From positions 416,001 to 480,000 of the forward strand of contig JAVLKG010000005.1 of assembly GCA_032128875.1 (NCBI GenBank): 64,000 nt of DNA, given 5' to 3'. The translations under genes were made by a program, and so were the position numbers. Below, piece after piece: positions 57,257 to 64,000 of the stretch. Origin of the DNA: Candidatus Melainabacteria bacterium 17Bon1m. GTDB taxonomy: Bacteria; Cyanobacteriota; Vampirovibrionia; Obscuribacterales; Obscuribacteraceae. Each line of letters begins with the position of its first letter. Within the stretch, counting starts at the first letter, position 1. The notes beneath the pieces were generated by a model, which was not told the origin of the DNA, did no database searches, and saw only the letters and a list, made by a program, of their open reading frames with translations.

Positions 57257-60139
57257 TTGCAACAGTTGATTGACTCGTGGAATGCATTGTCAGAGCGCAA
57301 GAGAGACGGCGTTTGTCTTTTGCTGCTCACGTTGTTTTGTTTAATTGTTTTCTACAAGACCGTGTTTTTGGGTCAGCAGATTAGCCGAATATTCGAAATT
57401 GCCAATATCGACTATTTGTTCAGGCAAGCCTTGGCTGTTCCAATCAAGTATGACCAGCACTGCATGTTCGCCAAAGTGTGCGCATACCTGTTGATTGGTA
57501 CAACTTGGAGAGAAGGCATAATGCCGTTTTGGAATCCGTACATAGGGTGCGGTGCTCCATTCATGGCCGAGCTGCAGTCTGTTGTGTTGTCACCGTGGAC
57601 GTTGTTCTACGTTTTGTGGCCCAGTCTTCAGATGCACAGCTATCTGCTTGTTGCACAGCAGGTTTTGGGAGCGATCGGAATGTTCCTCGCTGCGCGCGCT
57701 TTAGGGCTTTCGCGTTTTGCTTCAGTATTGGCTGCCGTTGTGCATTTGTGTTGCGCTCACCAGCAGTGGCGCCTCGAGTTGCAGATGAATCATTCTTTCT
57801 ATCCGCTTACCGTTTGGTGTTTTGTTCGTCTGTATCAGACGAAGCATTTTTTATGGGCTCTGGCAGCAGGCGCTGGATGTGCGGCGCAAATTCTTTCCGG
57901 CGACGCACAAGTAAGTTTGCTTTCCATAACCACCGTCAGCGTTCTTTTTGTCTTGATGAACCTTCTTGGCGAAGCCAGGCAAGAAGCGTTTTTCAAGCGT
58001 GCGATTGAGGGCGGCGTTTGGTTGTCGCTGGCAGGAATTAACGCAATTTGTTTGGCGTCTCCAGTCTTTCTCGGCTTTGTAGAATGGGTCAAGATAGGCG
58101 ATTTGTCTAAGCACCATGCCTATTATGCAGTTGGAAATCCCGCTCCCTGGCAGAGTCTTGTCTATACTCTGATGCACCCCGGTTATGGCGGTTCATCGTT
58201 GTACGCCGGTTGTTTGACTCTGCCCTTGATTGTCTTTTCACTGCTTGCAATAAAGCAAAAACGCCCTTTCTATCTCAGCGTTTTGCTTACTGCAATTTAT
58301 GCTTTCATGAGCGCGTCTCGCACGGGACCGTTTCCTTTACTGGACTCGAAACTCGGTCTCATGGGACTTTCTCGATTCGAGGGAATGGAGGTTTTCCTTG
58401 TCCAAATCGCTTTTCTCATGGCGTTTGGCCTGGATGAACTGGCCAGATGCAAGTGGACTGTGAGAAATTGGGTTTTTCTTGCGGCCGTTGCCTCCTCTAT
58501 TGCGTCTCTTGCAATTCCTCCTTATCTCGCGAAGATAGGCGTAAATCTCGAAGCGTTTACGTTCGACTTTCATTCGGAAGGATACGGCTTTCAATCGCAA
58601 CAGTGGTATTTCGATCTTGCCTTGGTTTGTGCCTTTTGGGTTCTTCTAGTTCTCGTAAATAGCTATCGAGCAAAGCTGAAGAGCATCGCAGTTATTTTGC
58701 TTTTTGTTATTCCACTGTGCATAAACACAAGCAGCGAGGTCTTCGCTTGCAAAAATGCCTTGCCTAGTTATCCCAAATTCAAGTATCCGAAGACAGAATT
58801 ACTCCAATTTCTTGCTGAGAAAAAAGAGCGCATTGTTCCTATTGGATATAACCTGTTAAGACCAAACAACAATGTTGTTTATAAAATCTCGAGCATGGCG
58901 TGGGCTGGACCTCTTGTGCCTCCGCGGCTGCACAAATTCATAATAGCTGCAGGTGGGCACGCTGATCCATTTACAAAACTGTTTACCCCTGGCCCTCTAA
59001 ACCATCTGCTCGATTTGGCGAGCATCCGATACATCCTTAGTTTTGCTCCTGTGCGCAGTCTGAGCGAACCATATACTTTCGAATCACCTACCGCGCAACC
59101 TGTGAAATTCAAAATTGAACAACGGGTAAGAATGGATGCTGCAAAACTTTTCTACGACTCTCCAAAGGGCGAATTTGGCGGATATATAGACTGGTATGTG
59201 CAAGAGGGCGAAGGCGAGAACTTCGCTTTCCAGATTGCTCTCTTTGACTCTAAAACTGGCAGGGTGTATTGGACTGGCGGACCATTTTATGTCCGTCAGA
59301 CAGAGCGCTTGAAGCGCGATACGCGTCCAAAAACATACAGCCGCATGCCGCTGGACGGCATTGTTCCCAACCATGTGCCCGACTCTACAGATTTATGCGT
59401 GGGAATCACTGTCCAGCAGATTCCTGAGATGAATGAGCTCGAGCCGCAAAGTGGCGGAACGCTTGTTAGTAAAACCATGTTCAAGGTCGCAGATTTTAGA
59501 AAACAATCTCTGCCTTTGGATGCGGCGCGACGCTTCAAAATGGTCAAGGAAGTGCCTGTCAGCTTTGTTCGGGTCTATGAAAACAGAAAGGCAATGCCGA
59601 CTGCATATCTTGTGCACAAAACCGTTCTGAAAGAGAAAGAAGACGAAGTTCTTGCAGAAGTGACAAACCAGGCGTTTGATGCGCGATCTGTTGCCGTAAT
59701 CGAAGACAAGAATTTACCGCCATTGACTGGAGCCGATAAGCCGTCCGCCGCCGATGAAGTCACTTCGGTGAGAACCGACAACAATACTTTGTCTGTTGAT
59801 GTGAAAACTGATAAGCCTGGTTTTTTGGTGGTAACCGACCAATATTTCCCTGGGTGGCATGCTGTTGTGGATGGTGCAGAGGTTGCGATCGCGCACGCCA
59901 ATTACCTATTTAAGGGCATTCCCATTGGTCCTGGCACGCACAAAATCATCTTCTATTTCCGCCCGACATTTTGGAATCTTTCGCTCGTTTTATTGGCTCT
60001 CTGTTTCATTCTGAACACTGCAGCCTTTATCTTCCAGCAAAAGCGGCGCAAGGACATTGCTTCGCCTGCTTACGGCAGCGCTTCAACACCTTCCGGGTCT
60101 TTATCTGGAGGTGGTGGAGGCGAGGACGAGCAAAATTGA
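57257..60139 (+). CDS. YfhO-family membrane protein (GT-C-like glycosyltransferase)
   Basis: PFWNPYIGCGAPF, many TMs, C-terminal VYEN..P.AY..GFLVVTDQYFPGW..ANYLFKGI..G.H.I.F.FRP + TM. Confidence 0.88.
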   Translation: MQQLIDSWNALSERKRDGVCLLLLTLFCLIVFYKTVFLGQQISRIFEIANIDYLFRQALAVPIKYDQHCMFAKVCAYLLIGTTWREGIMPFWNPYIGCGAPFMAELQSVVLSPWTLFYVLWPSLQMHSYLLVAQQVLGAIGMFLAARALGLSRFASVLAAVVHLCCAHQQWRLELQMNHSFYPLTVWCFVRLYQTKHFLWALAAGAGCAAQILSGDAQVSLLSITTVSVLFVLMNLLGEARQEAFFKRAIEGGVWLSLAGINAICLASPVFLGFVEWVKIGDLSKHHAYYAVGNPAPWQSLVYTLMHPGYGGSSLYAGCLTLPLIVFSLLAIKQKRPFYLSVLLTAIYAFMSASRTGPFPLLDSKLGLMGLSRFEGMEVFLVQIAFLMAFGLDELARCKWTVRNWVFLAAVASSIASLAIPPYLAKIGVNLEAFTFDFHSEGYGFQSQQWYFDLALVCAFWVLLVLVNSYRAKLKSIAVILLFVIPLCINTSSEVFACKNALPSYPKFKYPKTELLQFLAEKKERIVPIGYNLLRPNNNVVYKISSMAWAGPLVPPRLHKFIIAAGGHADPFTKLFTPGPLNHLLDLASIRYILSFAPVRSLSEPYTFESPTAQPVKFKIEQRVRMDAAKLFYDSPKGEFGGYIDWYVQEGEGENFAFQIALFDSKTGRVYWTGGPFYVRQTERLKRDTRPKTYSRMPLDGIVPNHVPDSTDLCVGITVQQIPEMNELEPQSGGTLVSKTMFKVADFRKQSLPLDAARRFKMVKEVPVSFVRVYENRKAMPTAYLVHKTVLKEKEDEVLAEVTNQAFDARSVAVIEDKNLPPLTGADKPSAADEVTSVRTDNNTLSVDVKTDKPGFLVVTDQYFPGWHAVVDGAEVAIAHANYLFKGIPIGPGTHKIIFYFRPTFWNLSLVLLALCFILNTAAFIFQQKRRKDIASPAYGSASTPSGSLSGGGGGEDEQN

Positions 60140-60292
60140 CATATGACGAGTTTTTAATTTTTGGCATTCTCGGTTGGAAGACATGACCGGTTGTTGCTCG
60201 TCTTGCTTCTTTTCACATACCTAATATGCAGTTCAGCCGCTTCCTCTTGTTTAGTGCTATAAAATCGTTGCTCAAGGTGGGCAAGGATATTA

Positions 60293-61039
60293 ATGAACTC
60301 CACGTTAACTCGCTCCAATGCCGTCGAGGTACGCAGAAAGTCAACCGCCGTTGCTTTCTCGGCCGTAATCACGTTGTACAACGAAGAGGGCAATATTGAG
60401 CCTCTGACGCGCTCGCTAATCGCGTCTTTCCGCGAGCACATGAAGGATATTCCGTTTGAACTCGTGCTGGTTATTAACGGCTCTGAAGATAGAACCGGGC
60501 AGATAGCTCTGGAATTGGAGAAAGAGTTCAAGGAATTGACGTTGGTCATGGTCAAGAAAAATCGTGGCTATGGCGGTGGAACCCTGGCTGGTTTGATGAA
60601 TGCCAGCGGCGATGTGGTCGGCTTTCTTGACGGCGATCAGCAAGTGGCTGCAGAGGATGTGGCGCGCGTCTTTAAAGCTTGCATTGAGAGCGATTACGAT
60701 ATCGTCAAAATTCTTCGTGTGGTCCGTGGTGATGGACCATTGAGAGCTTTTCAGAGCCGGTGTTTCAATACTCTTTTCCGTTTGATGTTCGGCGGTACTA
60801 GCCTTGATGTGAATAGCAAGCCAAAGGTGTTGAAGCGAGCCGCTTTGGAAAGAATGAATTTAAGGTCGACGGACTGGTTCCTCGATGCCGAGGTAATGAT
60901 TGAAGCTGTACGGCTCAATCTCTCGGTGCTAGAGATTCCGGTAACTTGGCTGGAAAGAGAACACGGCAGTTCGAATATACGGCTTTCTAGTGCCGTAGAG
61001 TTTTTCAAAAACATGATTAGGTATAAGTATGGCGGATAA
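60293..61039 (+). CDS. GT2, dolichol/polyprenyl-phosphate sugar synthase-like
   Basis: LYNEE, NGSEDRT, NRGYGG, LDGDQQ, DVNSKPK, WFLDAE, REHGSS. Confidence 0.88.
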   Translation: MNSTLTRSNAVEVRRKSTAVAFSAVITLYNEEGNIEPLTRSLIASFREHMKDIPFELVLVINGSEDRTGQIALELEKEFKELTLVMVKKNRGYGGGTLAGLMNASGDVVGFLDGDQQVAAEDVARVFKACIESDYDIVKILRVVRGDGPLRAFQSRCFNTLFRLMFGGTSLDVNSKPKVLKRAALERMNLRSTDWFLDAEVMIEAVRLNLSVLEIPVTWLEREHGSSNIRLSSAVEFFKNMIRYKYGG

Positions 61040-61904
61040 GGTATCAGGCGCTAAAGTTGTTATTCTCGCGGGCGGGCAAGGGCTGCGTATGCGCGAGGAA
61101 ACTGAGACCAGGCCTAAGCCGATGGTTGAGGTCGGTGGGCAACCGATCATGATGCATATCATGAGACAGTACGCCAGTTACGGCTACAAAGACTTCGTCA
61201 TCTGCCTTGGTTACCGCGGTGAAGTAATCAAAAAATATTTCCTCGATTATCACTTTTTGACTAGCGATTTTACAGTCAATCTTGGCTCCGGCGGCGGTGC
61301 CACCTTCCATGGTGACATAGAGGAAGCTGATTGGTCTGTTACTCTTGCTGACACAGGACTTTCTTCGGAAACGGGCAGCCGCTTCAAGCAGATTCAAAAG
61401 TACGTAAAAGGTGCTGATTTGATCATGCTTACCTATGGTGACGGATTGGCCAATGTAGATATTTCGAAGCTAGTTGAGTTTCACCGCTCGCACGGCAAGA
61501 TCGGCACTGTGACTGGAGTATTGCCGCCATCACCTTTTGGTGAAATGAAACTGTCCGGCAGTGCCGTTGAAGTTTTTGCGGAAAAACCAAATCATGCCGA
61601 CAAGTTCATCAATGGTGGATTCTTTGTTTTTGACCAGCGTATTTTTGACTATGTTAGCGATGCCACCGATTGCAGTCTGGAAAGAGATTGCTTGAAAAAT
61701 GTCGCAACGGATGGCGAATTGATGATGTTCCGTCATGAAGGCTTCTGGCAGTGTCTGGATACGCAGCGCGATCTGGTTCAATTCCAAAAGCTGCTCTCCA
61801 CAGGAAAAGCTCCCTGGCTCACCGAGCGTTCTGCTAAATCGCAATCACCGGTGCCGGCAACGATGTTCCAAAACAAACCAATCAACTTTGCGCCGCCTGC
61901 CTGA
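61029..61904 (+). CDS. rfbF: Glucose-1-phosphate cytidylyltransferase
   Basis: ILAGGQGLRMREET..PKPMVE, LGYRG, DTG..ETGSR, TYGDG, INGGFF, GFWQCLDT. Confidence 0.92.
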   Translation: MADKVSGAKVVILAGGQGLRMREETETRPKPMVEVGGQPIMMHIMRQYASYGYKDFVICLGYRGEVIKKYFLDYHFLTSDFTVNLGSGGGATFHGDIEEADWSVTLADTGLSSETGSRFKQIQKYVKGADLIMLTYGDGLANVDISKLVEFHRSHGKIGTVTGVLPPSPFGEMKLSGSAVEVFAEKPNHADKFINGGFFVFDQRIFDYVSDATDCSLERDCLKNVATDGELMMFRHEGFWQCLDTQRDLVQFQKLLSTGKAPWLTERSAKSQSPVPATMFQNKPINFAPPA

Positions 61905-61955
61905 TCGAAGGCAAAAGTCATCAGTGTCGTAATTGTCTAAGCTCAAACGGCAGCA

Positions 61956-62966
61956 TCAAGAGATGCTTGCCATGTCACTTTTACCTTTGACTAGTTCTTT
62001 GTACCAGCCGACAGTTTCTTGCAATCCGGCTTTGAAATCATATTGCGGTTTCCAGCCAAGCATTGCACTGATTTTGGTTGCATCGAGGAATTGTTCTTCT
62101 ATTTCTCGAGTGGCGGTACCTTGAATAATCGGCTTGAGATCTTCTCTGCCGGTTACCTCTAAGATTTTGTCTACACATTCGAGCACCGACATTGGTGCTT
62201 GATTGCTGATATTGAAAGCTTCTCCGTGCACCGAGGCGTCGTTCCACATGCGCTCGGCTAGAGTCAAATACGCGTTGACGGCGTCTTTAATGTACAAGTA
62301 GTCCCGCACAGGCTTGCCATTCGAGCGGATTGTGACTGGCTGCCCGCGCAACACGTGCGAAAGTGTGTCCGGAACGATGCGGCTCATGTTCAAATCGCCT
62401 GCGCCAAATAGATTGCCGCAACGCGTGGTGCAAACCGGCACTTTATAGGAAATGGCATAACTGCGCGCGATCAAATCAGCACAGCTCTTCGATACGTCAT
62501 AAGGAAAACGCCCCTGCATTGGTGCATCTTCGATATAGGGAAGCACTTCTTGGTCGCCATAGGCTTTGTCTGACGACGCCAGAATAATGCCGCGCAGCCG
62601 CCTGTCGTTCATGTCGGAAGTCTGCCCCAGCTGTCTTGCTGTTTCTAAGACGTTCCAGGTGCCTTCGATATTCGATTTGAAAGTATCGAGGGGGTTAGTG
62701 TTGGCGATGCCCACTATACTTTGCGCAGCAAGGTGAAAAATGAATTCGATATTGCGATCTTTGACAATCCGGAGCAGCAAATCAAGGTCTTCAACACTGC
62801 CTTCAATCAATTCAGCGTCCTTTTTGACGTCATGAATCATTGATTCAGGCTTGTATTGGCGGTCTAAGCCAATTACTTTGGCGCCCCTTTCCACCAATGT
62901 TTTACTCAACCAGCTTCCTAGAAAGCCGGCGCAGCCGGTGACGAGTACGGTTTTATCTTGAAACAT
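61956..62966 (-). CDS. CDP-glucose 4,6-dehydratase-like SDR (RfbG-like)
   Basis: VTGCAGFLGSWL, HLAAQSIV, ASSDKAYG, PYDVSKSC, RCGNLFGAGD, RIVPD; ATG 62966 preferred (ORF is open to 63017). Confidence 0.85.
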   Translation of the reverse strand: MFQDKTVLVTGCAGFLGSWLSKTLVERGAKVIGLDRQYKPESMIHDVKKDAELIEGSVEDLDLLLRIVKDRNIEFIFHLAAQSIVGIANTNPLDTFKSNIEGTWNVLETARQLGQTSDMNDRRLRGIILASSDKAYGDQEVLPYIEDAPMQGRFPYDVSKSCADLIARSYAISYKVPVCTTRCGNLFGAGDLNMSRIVPDTLSHVLRGQPVTIRSNGKPVRDYLYIKDAVNAYLTLAERMWNDASVHGEAFNISNQAPMSVLECVDKILEVTGREDLKPIIQGTATREIEEQFLDATKISAMLGWKPQYDFKAGLQETVGWYKELVKGKSDMASIS

Positions 62967-63243
62967 TGTGAGAAGATGCCCGAGTGAAGGCGCTGAACGC
63001 CTCATTATAAAAGACACTTGTGCGACTTTCGAGATGCTAAGGCGAAAAAGGCGCTTCTCGGTTTTGTTATTTTTGCCTAATCAACCCGGTCGCCTTGCCC
63101 AGCGCGACTTTCCATGAGCGTGGAATTGTTCTTTCAATGTGTGCAATCTGATATTTGAGTCAGGACTACAAATTGGCAAAGGACTATCATTGAAATCACT
63201 TTTCTATCAACCCTCATTTACACCTTTGTTTTAGACGTTTCTT

Positions 63244-64000
63244 GTGCGCATTTGCCTGATTTCTCGCGAATATCCTCCTGATACTGGATTTGGTGGTATC
63301 GCTACTTTCACGCGCCACCTGGCGCAAGGATTGAAATCTATCGGCCACGACGTGGTGGTAGTGGCGCTTGCAAAGGAAGGCAAAGACGCTGAATTGCAGG
63401 ACGATCTGGGTATCCCGGTCCACAGAGTTGTACCGTTACCGATCGGTGCTGATTTAGGCTGGACGGCTTTTTGTATGCCATATAGCCGCTATGTAATGCG
63501 CACAAGTTCCGCACTGTATGCCAAATTCGATGAATTGAATGCGATGCAGCGATTTGACGCAGTTGATACACCCGAACTTCTTGCAGAAGGCTATTTCCCC
63601 GCAATCACCAAGTGCACTCCGCTTACTATCAGGCTTTACACACCGCACTCAAAATTTATTGCAGAAAAACTGCACAACGTAACCGATACATTTGACCATC
63701 AATATGTAGCGGCAGTTGAGAGAATCGCAATGCTTTCGGCTGACGTGATTACTTCACCCAGTCTCGATCTTGCTCAGTTTGTCGCCGGCGATCTCGGTAT
63801 TAAGGTCGAAGATATCGACATTGTCTACAATCCGATTGACGCCTCAGAATTCAGCCCCGACGGCGAATCCGCAGACATCGGTCCGAAGGGGCGTACGGTC
63901 TTATTCGTTGGCCGGCTTGAAGCTCGCAAGGGCATTCATTATCTTATCGATGCCATCCCGCAGGTCGTTGCCGCTGTACCCGACGCAAGATTTGTCATTA
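63244..64000 (+). CDS. GT4 glycosyltransferase, 3'-truncated by window edge; paralog of 50420-52009
   Basis: Absent from the ORF track (no stop in window). GTG 63244 reads MRICLISREYPPDTGFGGIATF...LFVGRLEARKGIHYLIDAIP. Confidence 0.9.
   Translation, partial: MRICLISREYPPDTGFGGIATFTRHLAQGLKSIGHDVVVVALAKEGKDAELQDDLGIPVHRVVPLPIGADLGWTAFCMPYSRYVMRTSSALYAKFDELNAMQRFDAVDTPELLAEGYFPAITKCTPLTIRLYTPHSKFIAEKLHNVTDTFDHQYVAAVERIAMLSADVITSPSLDLAQFVAGDLGIKVEDIDIVYNPIDASEFSPDGESADIGPKGRTVLFVGRLEARKGIHYLIDAIPQVVAAVPDARFVI

Noticed and set aside
60154-60555. 133-aa minus-strand ORF
   Set aside because: Mostly antisense to the GT2 at 60293; no motifs
1-64000. Mobile elements, prophage, defence systems, rRNA/tRNA
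   Set aside because: No transposase, integrase, nuclease, Cas or structural RNA signatures recognised by eye

Overview
A ~64 kb bacterial cell-surface glycan biosynthesis and modification region (~45 CDS, frequent strand switches). The cyanobacterial-type metallo-hydrolase and the DUF4388/MshEN-repeat genes suggest Vampirovibrionia/Melainabacteria, but this taxonomy is inference only. The window encodes: many GT2/GT4 glycosyltransferases, including two WsaF-like ones; a Wzm/Wzt ABC exporter; an O-antigen-ligase-family protein; lipid-carrier GT2s and GT-C/YfhO-type membrane proteins; and nucleotide-sugar enzymes (FnlA/RmlD-like/FnlC set, GalE, PMM, RfbF, RfbG-like, sugar C-methyltransferase). 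Its tailoring set is unusually rich: AT3-SGNH acyltransferase, sulfotransferase, two O-methyltransferases and a carbamoyltransferase. The best candidate for an undescribed system is 37667-45215. It comprises a CarB with a degenerate allosteric domain and no carA, a NodU/SxtI-type O-carbamoyltransferase, a fused SxtJ-SxtK membrane protein ending in FIYTLF (matching the DltX/AlgI tyrosine acyl-shuttle motif), and a membrane-anchored SGNH protein. Together these suggest an MBOAT-free, Dlt-like trans-envelope carbamoylation relay. Other notable signals are a degenerate-GGDEF + MshEN-repeat pair (possible c-di-GMP receptors), a perfect TTGACA/TATAAT promoter with a 20-bp palindrome leading into a structured non-coding stretch, an 11-mer repeated in three divergent intergenic regions, and an unannotated 33-aa membrane peptide. 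No rRNA, tRNA, CRISPR array or mobile element was recognised. All calls are by eye from motifs; no searches were run.
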